From: Candidatus Melainabacteria bacterium 17Bon1m
Lineage (GTDB): Bacteria > Cyanobacteriota > Vampirovibrionia > Obscuribacterales > Obscuribacteraceae
Length of the DNA stretch: 64,000 nt
Reading direction: 5' to 3'
Assembly: GCA_032128875.1 (NCBI GenBank)
Contig: JAVLKG010000002.1
Coordinates: 448,001-512,000, forward strand
In this document: positions 47,353-57,907 of the stretch, in pieces
Numbering within the stretch: the stretch's first letter is position 1
Layout of the letters: each line of letters begins with the position of its first letter
The notes under the pieces: model-generated
What the model was told of the DNA's origin: nothing
The model's database searches: none
The model's input: only the letters and a program-made list of their open reading frames with translations
Program-made: the position numbers and the translations under genes

Positions 47353-49161
47353 ATGTCGAAGGATAAGATAGTACTTGTCCTTCTGCTAATTATTGCCGCC
47401 GCATCCTTTTGCGGCGGCATATTTCTTCTGGAGAAAGTAGAGAAGGACGGCTGGTTTCAAGGTCAATCCACCTGGCTTTTCCTGAACAAGAAATTTCGCG
47501 TGCTTCTTTCGGAAAACGAAAAGAAGGGCGATCAATCATCCTCGGACGCGCAAGCTATGCGCGCTCGATTGCTGCACAATGTCGGCATCACGTGCGGATA
47601 CACCGATCAATGGTCCGATGCGCTCAAGCTCTTGAATCAATCTCTCGATTTCAAAATGAAGAGCAAATCGGTCAATCCTGATTCACTCATTCAGTCGATC
47701 GAGTCGCTAGGAAAAGCATATTTTCTCACTGGCAATTACGACAATGCTAAAACAGCACTTGATTTTGCTGCGCGCGATTGGGTTCGCGAAAATGGTGAAG
47801 ACTGCAAGCCGTACGCTCGATGCCTGAGTTTCACCGGACGCGTGCATTTAGCGATGGGAGATCACAAGTCGGCAGAAAATTGCTTTGAGAAAGCGCGCCT
47901 CATCTTCAAAAAAGAAGATGATCGCAGCTCCACTGTGCGTGTGTTGTTGCTTCTGGCGGAAAGTGCGATCGCTCGCGGTGATTACAAGCGCGCAGAAAGA
48001 TGCATCAATGATTCGATTCCGCTTTTAATGATTGATTTTGGTGATGGCTATAGTTCTTACTTCAATGACGAAGTTGCGCTCTTGAAGCTGCTGCAAGGAC
48101 AGTTGCGTATAAAAACATCCGACGCCCTTGATACATCACAACTAAGTGAAGCGATCAGGCTCATTGAAGAAGCGCTTAGCGAGGCAGAAGTTTCATTCGG
48201 TAATGATGATGTTTATACGCAGAAATTTCGCCTGGCGTTGGCTGATGCCTATCTAAGCCAGGGTGATAAGAAAGGTTGCCTTGAGCAAGTTCAGAAAATT
48301 GAGGCGAGTTTTGAAAAAATAGGCTTGCCTAAACATCCTTTCCTCAAGAGTGTGTATGAGACTCACATAAAGGCTCTGGGAAGCGATGCTAAAAGTCTGA
48401 GTGATGATCTTTCTCGACGGCTGAGCGGCGTGAGGTATGTATCAACAGAAGAGGCTAAGAAAGCAGCAGACGCGCTCGGGGCCAGATTGAATCCGTCACC
48501 TAAATTTCTTTCCGGGCGCAACTATTCTGATTCGTGGATGCTGCCGCTGACATTCTTGATTGTTGCGTGGGCGTTTTCCGGTATGTTTGCTTGCTCTTTT
48601 GCATGTGCAGCCGTTGCCGCGCGCAAGGATTATGGTGCTTCTCTCTGGTTTATCCTTGGGGCCATCTTCAATTTATTTGCTTACTTAATCATTTCGGCAT
48701 TGCCAACGCGCAATACGATCACTAAAGAACTTGGCTGCGACTTTGCGTTGATAAATGATGCTCGCAACGGTGTTTTCTTGCTTGCTATGACGCCGCTATT
48801 TACTATCCTTGGAGCTTCAATTTTTTACTATCCGGCTCCGATTCGGGACATTTTTGTTGCCGTGTTCTTAGCTTTTGTCGTGTGTCTTGCGCTGTTTCCT
48901 GCGATCTGGTGCTTTGCTGTTGCGAAAAGCAAAGGACGCAAGCCGTGGCTGTGGGCGCTAATAGGTACATTGAGCGGAATTTTTGGATTGGTTTCTTTGT
49001 TGTTGTTGAAACCAGGCGATGATGTTGTAGTTGACGAAGAAGAGATCACCAACACTCAGTCAGAGATTGTGATGTTGTTTGTGTCTGCAGTCCACCTTGG
49101 ACTTTTTCTCTGCATAGTCTTGAACATTTACTATTCCTGGATGCTTCATGTGGAGCTTTAG
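47353..49161 (+). CDS. TPR-containing membrane protein with C-terminal multi-TM region
   Basis: GGAGGG SD before ATG 47353; N-terminal TM, TPR run, repeated A..KG...LW...G TM units. Confidence 0.8.
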   Translation: MSKDKIVLVLLLIIAAASFCGGIFLLEKVEKDGWFQGQSTWLFLNKKFRVLLSENEKKGDQSSSDAQAMRARLLHNVGITCGYTDQWSDALKLLNQSLDFKMKSKSVNPDSLIQSIESLGKAYFLTGNYDNAKTALDFAARDWVRENGEDCKPYARCLSFTGRVHLAMGDHKSAENCFEKARLIFKKEDDRSSTVRVLLLLAESAIARGDYKRAERCINDSIPLLMIDFGDGYSSYFNDEVALLKLLQGQLRIKTSDALDTSQLSEAIRLIEEALSEAEVSFGNDDVYTQKFRLALADAYLSQGDKKGCLEQVQKIEASFEKIGLPKHPFLKSVYETHIKALGSDAKSLSDDLSRRLSGVRYVSTEEAKKAADALGARLNPSPKFLSGRNYSDSWMLPLTFLIVAWAFSGMFACSFACAAVAARKDYGASLWFILGAIFNLFAYLIISALPTRNTITKELGCDFALINDARNGVFLLAMTPLFTILGASIFYYPAPIRDIFVAVFLAFVVCLALFPAIWCFAVAKSKGRKPWLWALIGTLSGIFGLVSLLLLKPGDDVVVDEEEITNTQSEIVMLFVSAVHLGLFLCIVLNIYYSWMLHVEL

Positions 49162-49180
49162 TAGACATTTGCATCTCTCG

Positions 49181-49214
49181 AAAAATAAAAGGACAACACA
49201 GATGTGTTGTCCTT
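49181..49214 (-). terminator. Rho-independent terminator
   Basis: Minus strand AAGGACAACACA-TC-TGTGTTGTCCTT-TTATTTTT. Confidence 0.85.
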
Positions 49215-49275
49215 GAGAGGGGGTGGAACAGGCGTTGAAACTTTTTAGCGAATCGTAAAAAGGGTTGGCTGCTGT

Positions 49276-49605
49276 TTATTCACATTGTGTGACCGCATAC
49301 ATTGTTTGAAGAGCGCAAGTGGCGCCCCCGCAGCGGCGAATGAAGTCGCGCGCCAGTTCTCTAATAGAATCCATGCTCTTGAAATTTGGCATGAAACCGA
49401 ATTTGATCGATCGAGAATTCGCCAGAATATGTCGGACAAATCGAAGGCCTGGTTCGGTGATATCGATGTTTTCCGGTCCACCACTGCCTTGAACAATGGT
49501 GCGTACAATCGACGCTTCAGCGACGAAAGAAGTAACTAGATCAACAGGAGCCGGAATTACCGGATCAAAGTTGATCTCATCGTTAGAAGTTGCGTCGTTG
49601 TTCAT
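49276..49605 (-). CDS. Hypothetical protein
   Basis: 109-aa ORF with GGGAG SD, a downstream terminator and no competing long ORF. Confidence 0.55.
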   Translation of the reverse strand: MNNDATSNDEINFDPVIPAPVDLVTSFVAEASIVRTIVQGSGGPENIDITEPGLRFVRHILANSRSIKFGFMPNFKSMDSIRELARDFIRRCGGATCALQTMYAVTQCE

Positions 49606-50081
49606 GGAGGTCTCCCGAGTTCAATAATAAAGAAATTGTTGCGGTCACCCTTGTAATCTAATCACCGCCCCCGTGCTTGGCAACTAAACTAACGCTAAGG
49701 GACAATATCTACGGACTATTGAACCTATAGCCACCTCATATGAACTCGCCAAAAAACCGCATGTACTGTCCGTTTTCAACGACTGGAAATGGATGAGGAC
49801 AGGAGGTTTCGATATGTTTAGCCCGTAAATATGCGGATTTTAAGCATCGTGTATGAATCATCGCTCACCTGTCGAACTGGCATCATGTTGTAAGTCCAAA
49901 TCAAGTTCGAGAACGGTGCCAGTTGGCGCTTTTTCAGCTTGCGGCAAACAGTTCAGCAAGCCCAAGCGAAACTGCTTTCCCGTACCGTCTAAGCGTTCAA
50001 TCTGACATAATTACTGCTGCTGTACTCGCAGTGGCTGGGCGTTTTGCCTGCTATTGCTTCTTTACTGCCAGAGGACAACTG

Positions 50082-51278
50082 ATGCTTACGAGCCCTGAAA
50101 CCCAACAGACTAAGGAGACCGCAAAGACTTCGATGAAATGCCTTATAAAGGAAGACTTGAATAAAGACGGTCTCACATTGAAGAGTGACATGCCGTCACC
50201 AAAGCTTGGTCTCGATGAAGTGAAGATCAAGGTTCTTGCTACATCTGTATGCGGGACTGACAAGAGCATCTACCATTCGGCGCAAAGCGAAGGCATTCGC
50301 AATGAGATGCAGCGATATTTGGAAGGCAAATACGATCCGATTATCGTTGGTCATGAATTTTGCGGTGTTGTTGAGGAAGTCGGCGAAGCAGCAAAAAACA
50401 GCGGTTTACATGTCCCTGATCATTTGAAAATCGAGAAGGGCGATTATGTAACTGCTGAAATGCACCTGTCCTGTGGTCACTGCTTCTTGTGCAGAACAGG
50501 AAACGAACATATTTGTACGCAAGTAAAAGTCAAAGGGGTGCACTTAGATGGATGCTTCGCTCAGCATGTCGTAGTGCCCTACAAAAATGTCATCCTTCTA
50601 AATAAGGGTGGTGACACTTCTCAAATTCCTCCCACCATTGGAGCGATGCTCGATGCATTCGGCAATGCTGTCCACACTGTCTATGAAGCGGACGTGAGGG
50701 GCAAATCGGTGGCTATTTTGGGTGCCGGACCGTTGGGTTTGATGGCTGCATTCCTTTGCCACGATTTTGGCGCTTCGCGGATCTATATAACAGAAGCGAT
50801 GGATACAGAGCACAGGTTCAAACTGGCTGAATCATTTGGTGCCGATGCCTGCTTTGACGTCTCTAAGGGGTCTAAAGACTTATACGAGTCAGTCAGAAAG
50901 CATGAAACCGGCTCCAATGGCGTCGACGTGGTACTGGAAATGTCCGGCTCCCCAGCCGCCTACAATGATGCTTTTCAGATTGTTCGCAATGGGGGCACAG
51001 TCCTCCTTCTCGGAATTACGCGCAAGCCTTTGAACGATTTCGATATTGCCAATGGAGTTATATGGAAGGGCGTCACGGTAAAGGGCATATTCGGAAGAAA
51101 AATGTTTGACACCTGGGAGACAATGCTCAGACTGATGAAGTCGGAGCGGTTGGACTTGAAGAGCAAGCTGGCTCGCATTCTCTTCGAGCGCACATACGCG
51201 TTGGATGATTACCGGTCTGCATTCGATTTGCTCTCAAAAGGCGAGGCAATGAAGCTCGTATTCACTCCTGAAAAGTAA
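50082..51278 (+). CDS. tdh: L-threonine 3-dehydrogenase
   Basis: CGTD, GHEFCG, CGHCFLC..C structural Zn site, GAGPLG, GIFGRKMFDTW; adjacent to kbl; ATG 50082 with GAGGA SD. Confidence 0.92.
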   Translation: MLTSPETQQTKETAKTSMKCLIKEDLNKDGLTLKSDMPSPKLGLDEVKIKVLATSVCGTDKSIYHSAQSEGIRNEMQRYLEGKYDPIIVGHEFCGVVEEVGEAAKNSGLHVPDHLKIEKGDYVTAEMHLSCGHCFLCRTGNEHICTQVKVKGVHLDGCFAQHVVVPYKNVILLNKGGDTSQIPPTIGAMLDAFGNAVHTVYEADVRGKSVAILGAGPLGLMAAFLCHDFGASRIYITEAMDTEHRFKLAESFGADACFDVSKGSKDLYESVRKHETGSNGVDVVLEMSGSPAAYNDAFQIVRNGGTVLLLGITRKPLNDFDIANGVIWKGVTVKGIFGRKMFDTWETMLRLMKSERLDLKSKLARILFERTYALDDYRSAFDLLSKGEAMKLVFTPEK

Positions 51279-51324
51279 TCACGGAAATTTCGTTGGGCAC
51301 TAGTTTCTTTGAAGGAACGTTGAA

Positions 51325-52590
51325 ATGGCTAAAGAGAATGTAGCGGTGAAGCAAAAGTTCGGCGTTGAAAAACTCTATTCGGTTCTTGGACAAGAGCTTG
51401 AGAAAGCGCATGAAAACAAGACCTTCAAGTATGAAGTACCTATCGAGGGAAAACAGTCCGGTGTTGTGAAAGTCGATGGCAAAGAGTGCGTAATGCTTGC
51501 CTCGAATAATTACCTGGGATTAGCTAATCATCCTCGTATTTTAGAAGCAGCAAAAAAGGGATTGGAAGAGCATGGATTCGGAATGGCGTCTGTGCGATTC
51601 ATTTGCGGAGCGCAAAAAATCCATTTTGAATTAGAAGAGCGAATTGCCCAATTCCTCGGTTGCGAAGCTGCGATCTTGCATTCTTCTTGTTTTGCTGCCA
51701 ATGAGGCGTTCTTTACCGGGCTAATGTCGAATGACTATGGTCAGAAAGACTATCGCGACATTATCTATAGCGATCAGCTTAATCATGCTTCGATTATCGA
51801 CGGAATCAGATTGTGCAGAATCGCGACGAAAACCACCGATTTAAAAGCATACAAACACAATGATATTTCTCAGCTGAAGCACTTCCTCGGCGAACCTGAT
51901 GCGGACCAGTACCGCATTGGAGTTATTGTCACGGACGGCGTATTCAGTATGGAAGGCGAATATGCACCACTTAAAGAGTTTGTTGATTTGGCGAAGAAAA
52001 ACGACGTTCTTCTGTTTGTAGACGAATCACATTCAACAGGTGTGCTTGGAAAAACTGGGCGTGGAACTCCTGAAGAATGCGGAGTCCATGGCAAAATCGA
52101 TATTATCTCCGGCACGCTTGGAAAAGCATTGGGTGGCGCTGCCGGCGGTTTCCTCACTGGCAAGAAAGAACTGATTGAATATTTGCGCCAGAAATCTAGA
52201 CCTTACACATTTTCCAACACTCTTCCACCGCCGGTGGTGACAGCTGCAATCGAAGCGTTCAAAATGCTGGAAGAAGATTCTTCGTTGGTCGTGAAACTCC
52301 GTGAAAATACGGAGTACTTTCGCAAAGAAATTGTGCGAGCTGGTTTTACCATCTTGGAGGGCATTCATGCAATTGTGCCCGTGATGGTCGGCGAGGCTGC
52401 TATTGCCCAGGATATGAGCGCTGAACTTTTGAAGGAGGGCGTGTATGTTCGTGGTCTCTGGTATCCAGTCGTTCCACAAGGTGAAGCACGTCTGCGCGTC
52501 CAGATTTCTGCTTCTCACGAGCGCAAAGATTTAGATCGTGCACTTGCAGCTTTCGAGAAAGTCGGCAAAAAGCTCGGTGTCTTGAAATAG
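51325..52590 (+). CDS. kbl: Glycine C-acetyltransferase (2-amino-3-ketobutyrate CoA ligase)
   Basis: [39 protein letters not shown]. Confidence 0.95.
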   Translation: MAKENVAVKQKFGVEKLYSVLGQELEKAHENKTFKYEVPIEGKQSGVVKVDGKECVMLASNNYLGLANHPRILEAAKKGLEEHGFGMASVRFICGAQKIHFELEERIAQFLGCEAAILHSSCFAANEAFFTGLMSNDYGQKDYRDIIYSDQLNHASIIDGIRLCRIATKTTDLKAYKHNDISQLKHFLGEPDADQYRIGVIVTDGVFSMEGEYAPLKEFVDLAKKNDVLLFVDESHSTGVLGKTGRGTPEECGVHGKIDIISGTLGKALGGAAGGFLTGKKELIEYLRQKSRPYTFSNTLPPPVVTAAIEAFKMLEEDSSLVVKLRENTEYFRKEIVRAGFTILEGIHAIVPVMVGEAAIAQDMSAELLKEGVYVRGLWYPVVPQGEARLRVQISASHERKDLDRALAAFEKVGKKLGVLK

Positions 52591-52604
52591 CAGCGTATTA
52601 AACT

Positions 52605-53978
52605 TTAAGCGCCAGGCACGTGTTTCTTTTCAGAGAGCAGCGCGGTGCCCATAATTTCTTTTACGCCCATCTCTCCAATCATTTGACCAAGCAACGACTC
52701 CGAACATGCCAGCAAAACTGGATTGCGTGTCATCAGAGCTATCTGATAGTTGTCTATGGCCATGTGCGCTTCTTCACCAATGACTTTGCAGCGGCTCTCA
52801 AAACGTTTGTCTAAATAGAGTTCTTTCAGCAACTTGCATGACTCTGGTCCGCCTGTCGCCATGACGTAGCTAAGCAGAGCAACCTTTGCTCCCGGACCTA
52901 TAAAGCTTGGTGTCAGAGCTGCAATACCGAGTCCCGTTTGCAAGACTTGTGAAGTCACCATCGAAAGACGGCTTTTGTGGTTGTATTTATGAACTCTTTT
53001 CTTGATCTCTTTAACCACTGGATCTTCTTCAATCGAAGCTTTGAAGATTTGATTTTGTTTCGTCTGCTTTTGTGCGACATCCCAGATCTTTTGTTCGTAA
53101 ACTGATTCGGGTACTTCAAAGTTTTCTTGAAACCCTGTGAGCATCTTCACTGTCTTTTGTGCTTCTTCTTCTCCAACGAGTTCTTTTAGCGACTTGATTC
53201 CGGCGTCAGTGATTTCCTGACCCCTTCCTCTATCCTGCATGCCAATGCCCATTGCCATTTGGAACATGCAAGTCGTCACTTTCAAATGTGTATCATCGAT
53301 GTTCTTTTGTCGTGCAAATTCGGCAGATGCGCGGCTCTTCATTTTTAGCTTTTCGCCCAAAATAATGTCGCCAGCTTCAGCCGAAGGCCCAAATCCTCTG
53401 TAGGGGATCATGTAGTCGAAGGCATCTTTCGTCTCGGCAATAACAATCTGACTCTTTTTTCGGTAGTGCGAAACCGCCATATCAATCGATTTTGTCTTTT
53501 CATCACGCGCAAGGGCACTCTCAAGCAGTCGGTCTATTTGCGAGCCAACATGCTGATACGGATCTGCGGTGCTGATTGAGCCTGTTAATTCCTTCGGCTG
53601 TTCAACCTGCGCTTGCGGCTGTACTGCAATACTTTGCTTTGTGACCTTCGATGTTTTTCTAGTTAAAAGAGACAGTGGTCCATCAATTGGAACTGCCCAA
53701 CCAGAAGCTAGAGGTTCCGAAGCTTCACCTTGATTCGTTTCGAATCCGGTCGATAGTGTCGACTCAGTGCTTAGCTGTCTGTTATTTGTTAATGGACCGT
53801 GATAAGGCGTTGCTAATCTCTTGGCATCATTGCTGGCTGAAGAAGCAAGGGTAGCTACTGGATTCAGGAAGGCGGCAATTAAAGAGAGGCAGAGGGACGT
53901 TTTCCAGGCTCTCTGATGCATTTGCGACTTACGGGAAAGATGCGCCGCTGTACCTGTAGGGATTCCTTTCGGACTCAT
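52605..53978 (-). CDS. Exported helical hypothetical protein
   Basis: 457-aa ORF with AGGAG SD and signal-like segment; no family recognised. Confidence 0.75.
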   Translation of the reverse strand: MSPKGIPTGTAAHLSRKSQMHQRAWKTSLCLSLIAAFLNPVATLASSASNDAKRLATPYHGPLTNNRQLSTESTLSTGFETNQGEASEPLASGWAVPIDGPLSLLTRKTSKVTKQSIAVQPQAQVEQPKELTGSISTADPYQHVGSQIDRLLESALARDEKTKSIDMAVSHYRKKSQIVIAETKDAFDYMIPYRGFGPSAEAGDIILGEKLKMKSRASAEFARQKNIDDTHLKVTTCMFQMAMGIGMQDRGRGQEITDAGIKSLKELVGEEEAQKTVKMLTGFQENFEVPESVYEQKIWDVAQKQTKQNQIFKASIEEDPVVKEIKKRVHKYNHKSRLSMVTSQVLQTGLGIAALTPSFIGPGAKVALLSYVMATGGPESCKLLKELYLDKRFESRCKVIGEEAHMAIDNYQIALMTRNPVLLACSESLLGQMIGEMGVKEIMGTALLSEKKHVPGA

Positions 53979-54207
53979 AAAAGAAGGCTCCTGGAGACAT
54001 TCGTGAGGAATGTCATGCTATTGGCAGCCCTCAAGAGTACCAGACTTTCTCTTGAAGTCTCGAAAGGCGCAAGCAATGTCTCGTAAAACCTTTCTTAGAG
54101 ATATCAAGACGATCTCAAATCATTACGAAACCAGCAGGCGTGTTTGCTTCTGATTGTGTGAAGGGTAGCACCATATCTGGTGCACAGCGCGAATGCTTGG
54201 CGAACGT

Positions 54208-55236
54208 CTAGCGAAAAGCTTGCGCTTCCCAGCGTTCTCCCAACGTGGTTTCGCCTTCCAGATAAGGGCCTGAATAAGAGCCTTCATTCAAAATACTGAC
54301 GTTCGCTCTAAAGGTCAGTTCTTTGCTTGTTTTTGCTCCTTTCGCCTTTTCGTATTTGCGCACGAATTGAAGCTTGGGAAACGAGTACCAGCCCTTGAGT
54401 GTGAATTTCTCTTTTGTCTCTTCGTCGAATCCGTGACCTCTCACGTTTCCGGCCTCTTGCTCGATATACATAGTCGAATGGATTGTTTTGCCGTGATAGA
54501 GAAATCCCATGTTCCACTTACCGGACAAGTGAGGAGCCTTGCTGGGATCGGCAGATTGTTGCGGTGGCGGGCCTTGGTCTGGAGGAGGACCTTGCGGCTG
54601 GCCTTGATCGGGCGGCATTTGCTGTTGCATCTGCTGATTTGGCATTTGCTGTTGGCCCTGAGCTGGCGGCGGCGACGGGTCGGAAATCGCTGAGGTCTGT
54701 GCCTCCCATTTACCTTCAATGATTTTGCCGTTAAAAGCAGTTACGTACTCGCCTTCCATGTACGGACCTTTGTAGCCCATGGCATCCACCATGCGCATCT
54801 TGCCGTTGTATTCGATTGGAGCGCCCTTGCCTGTTGAATATTTCTTGTAAAAACGGACTTCTCCGCTACCGGTGACTTTCCCTTCGGTGATATTGAAAGG
54901 CGAACTATTGTGGTCGTCCGAACCTGTACCTTGAAAGTTGTTGCCAGTCTGCGTGATACGGGCGCTGGCGGTCATTGGCTTATTGCTGACGGTGTAGTTT
55001 ATCTTCCAGTATCCGGCGATATTGGGAGCATTGCTGGGGGCCGAGCCACCGCCCTGCTGCGCCTGACCCCCACCTTGTCCATCTTTCGGTTTGCCAGGAA
55101 GAGAAATGTTGGCGCATCCGCCAAGAATGAACGAAAGGGACAGCGCCAATGATAGACGGCTTGCTTGGAGCAGTCTTTTGGAAATGCTGGGATCGCTTGC
55201 TACGCAAGTGGCTTTTGAAAATTCTTTTTGAATCAT
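54208..55236 (-). CDS. Probable lipoprotein with two homologous beta domains and a Q/P-rich linker
   Basis: Lipobox LGGC; repeats PNIAGYW...F.KKY...Y.GPYMEGE and PHLSGKW...FVRKY...YSGPYLEGE. Confidence 0.8.
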   Translation of the reverse strand: MIQKEFSKATCVASDPSISKRLLQASRLSLALSLSFILGGCANISLPGKPKDGQGGGQAQQGGGSAPSNAPNIAGYWKINYTVSNKPMTASARITQTGNNFQGTGSDDHNSSPFNITEGKVTGSGEVRFYKKYSTGKGAPIEYNGKMRMVDAMGYKGPYMEGEYVTAFNGKIIEGKWEAQTSAISDPSPPPAQGQQQMPNQQMQQQMPPDQGQPQGPPPDQGPPPQQSADPSKAPHLSGKWNMGFLYHGKTIHSTMYIEQEAGNVRGHGFDEETKEKFTLKGWYSFPKLQFVRKYEKAKGAKTSKELTFRANVSILNEGSYSGPYLEGETTLGERWEAQAFR

Positions 55237-55537
55237 TCGTTTTTAGAACCGGAATAGTAAGGAGGCAAATCGCTAGCCTGGTGGTAGTTTTGTGCCTCAG
55301 CATCTCTCTGATGCTTTCTAGTACGAATTCTAGCGTTCTTTCGCCACCTGAAATGCCCTAGAACACACTCCTAAACTGCATAAAAGGATAGAAATGTATC
55401 GTTTTTGGGTATTTTTAATCTTGGATGGGAATTCCACCATGGACACGCCATATTTAATGTTTCAGAATACTGACAACTTACTATGTGACTCCCCAGTCGC
55501 ACATTTCTAAATCCTTAACGACGCACGGGACCATTCC

Positions 55538-57502
55538 ATGGCCGCCAACGCAGCTAAAGCTGATGAAAAGGATGTCGCAAAAAGCGGCACTCAGCAGCCT
55601 GACGCCGCGAAAAAGGAAGGCGAAGACGACGATAAGGTCGAGGGCCAGGAGAGTGAGGAGCAGTCAACTGAGGACACCTGGGCAAAGTGTGTTTCTGACC
55701 CAGCCTGGTGGGACATAGGCGGACAGTGCAAGAAAGTCGGACAAATTGCAGAAGGTGCTTGGGATGGCATGATTTCCAGCATCTGGCCCGAAGACAAGCC
55801 TAAAGAACAGCCGAAAGTCACACCGGCTGTTGCAACTACTACTGATGCCGCCACGCCCGATGCAGCCAAGGCTGAGAAGCGCGGCTTTTTTGGTGCAATT
55901 GCAGATGGCGCTGGAGCACTGTGGAGCGGCGCTAAGGCGCTCGCTGATGGAGTTGGTAACGTGGTCAGCGATGCCTGGAAGGGCGTTTTTGGTCAAGACG
56001 CGCAGATGGAAATTACTGACGCGGACAAGAATGGCAAAACAGACAAAGTAACCGTAACGCAGAAAGACGGCGACGTCATTACGACCGACATTGACAGAAC
56101 AACCATCAAAAAGCCGGACGGTACTCTTGTCACACGCGACAGAGGCGTCACCACAGTAGAGAAAGATGGAATCTCTATTACTCGTGACCGCAACGGTAAT
56201 GAAACGTTCAAGTTAAAGGACGGAACGACTGGTCGCGTCAGTGAGAACGGTGACATGAGCGTAGAGCTCAAAGCATTGCGTGAAAAAATCACCAAGGACG
56301 GTGTATACGGCGAAATTGAAACAGCCAACCGTTTTAATAAGGTTACCTACTTTAATACTCATCTTCGATACAGCCAATTGAGCCGCGAACAGAGAGACCG
56401 GGACGTCGTCAATGCCGGCGATCAGTCTGTCATGCGCGTAGATAAAGAGAATGGCATTCACGTTGTGCAAGGTACGACTGCAGAAGGAGACAAACGAGCA
56501 TTCTTTACTAAGGAAGGCAGTCAGGACATCGTTCAGATTGGTGTCGTGGACGGACAGCGTGTCTTCCGTGTTGGCAGACTTGGTGCCGACGGCAAGCCCG
56601 ATCCCAGCTCGTTTAAGTCAATGCGCGAAGGCGCTGAACTGCCTGATTGGTTCAAAGGTTTCGGACGCAGAAAATGTCACGGACGCGATCCCGTAAACGC
56701 GAACGAACTTATGGATGCCGCGGGCGTGAAAGTTGAGAACGGAAATGTCACCGTCACTCACGAAAACATGAAGATCGGACCTGCAGCTAATGGTGGCGCT
56801 ACAGTTGAAGTGCGCAGAGGCGATGGTCCGAACGACATTGTCAGACTAGAAAACGTCAACGGCAAACAGAAAGTCGATGATGTCGCGAACAAACAGACCA
56901 CAGAGTGGGATGGTGCCAATCACCAGTATTCGCAAAAGAATGACGGCAAAGAACAAATCAGCTACAACCCCGAAGAAAGACATTTAAAGGTCTACGACGA
57001 GAAAGGCAATTTGTTCGCCGACAGTACTCGCGGTGGAACTACATATGCGGACGGCTCGCACGTCGGAGCCGACGGTTCGTACACATCGAGCAGCGGCACC
57101 AAATACTTCAGTCATGAATACCAACAAGTTCAGACAGCCACTAACGCATCTGTCCAGGCTATAGCAGGCGCTGACGGACATATTGGTTCTTTCAAAGCTG
57201 CCCTGGGCAAGCCTGGTGTTGCAGTCGACATGGGAGAACTGACTGGCAGTATGGGTAACCTAACAACGGCTTTAGCTTTGTGCCTGAAGAGTGGAAATTT
57301 CACCCATCTGGCTGGAATTCTCAGCAGAATGGGAGAAGTTCAAAGCCTTATGGCTCTTGGAATTCAGCACAATGCTGATGTTCAAACAATCAAGGCGGCA
57401 GTTCCAAACGCAACAGAGACGCAAATCGCTTCCACCAAGCCTGCGCCCAATGATGTTTCCGTACACCAGCTCCAAGAGTTGAATCGTCGCGCCACTGCCT
57501 AA
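55538..57502 (+). CDS. Large hypothetical protein with amphipathic helices and beta-hairpin (xDG-T) repeats
   Basis: 654-aa ORF; KDGDVIT/PDGTLVT/KDGISIT/KDGTTG repeats; helical C-terminus; no signal peptide. Confidence 0.75.
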   Translation: MAANAAKADEKDVAKSGTQQPDAAKKEGEDDDKVEGQESEEQSTEDTWAKCVSDPAWWDIGGQCKKVGQIAEGAWDGMISSIWPEDKPKEQPKVTPAVATTTDAATPDAAKAEKRGFFGAIADGAGALWSGAKALADGVGNVVSDAWKGVFGQDAQMEITDADKNGKTDKVTVTQKDGDVITTDIDRTTIKKPDGTLVTRDRGVTTVEKDGISITRDRNGNETFKLKDGTTGRVSENGDMSVELKALREKITKDGVYGEIETANRFNKVTYFNTHLRYSQLSREQRDRDVVNAGDQSVMRVDKENGIHVVQGTTAEGDKRAFFTKEGSQDIVQIGVVDGQRVFRVGRLGADGKPDPSSFKSMREGAELPDWFKGFGRRKCHGRDPVNANELMDAAGVKVENGNVTVTHENMKIGPAANGGATVEVRRGDGPNDIVRLENVNGKQKVDDVANKQTTEWDGANHQYSQKNDGKEQISYNPEERHLKVYDEKGNLFADSTRGGTTYADGSHVGADGSYTSSSGTKYFSHEYQQVQTATNASVQAIAGADGHIGSFKAALGKPGVAVDMGELTGSMGNLTTALALCLKSGNFTHLAGILSRMGEVQSLMALGIQHNADVQTIKAAVPNATETQIASTKPAPNDVSVHQLQELNRRATA

Positions 57503-57604
57503 AGCTCTTGACTGGCAAGCTTTAGGGTCGCTTTATTGTGGTTCTTGACTCATAGTCATTTCTCGTCTGCTAACATTTGATAGTCAGCCAGCTGGGAGTT
57601 TGCC

Positions 57605-57820
57605 GTGGCAATTCCAATGAACACTCCTGTGACCGTTTTGCTCATCAGTGGTGAGCAAGTCGAAGGCGAGGTCGCCATGGCGGATCAAAACACCTATCTC
57701 TGCCTTCGCAGAGAAAATGAGACTCTCTATTTACCCTGGTCTGCCATCAAGTGTGTCAGGGGACCTGTGCTGCCGGAGCGCTCACCTTTAGGGGCTGCAA
57801 GATTTCCACCACAGACTTAG
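57605..57820 (+). CDS. Small Sm/Hfq-like protein
   Basis: PVTVLLISGEQVEGEVAMADQ (Sm1-like) and LYLPWSAIKCV (Sm2-like); GGGAG SD. Confidence 0.65.
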   Translation: MAIPMNTPVTVLLISGEQVEGEVAMADQNTYLCLRRENETLYLPWSAIKCVRGPVLPERSPLGAARFPPQT

Positions 57821-57907
57821 CGCTGCGTCTGCGTTGTCTTTCATTGCATGACCGCACGTTGAGGGATTTTCTCAGGTTTTTCCCTCAACATTCTTGTCTG
57901 TCAGAGC

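Noticed and set aside
49606..50081. Glycine riboswitch or leader peptide upstream of tdh-kbl
   Set aside because: No glycine aptamer consensus; the only SD-led mini-ORF (MFSP) has no Thr/Gly codons
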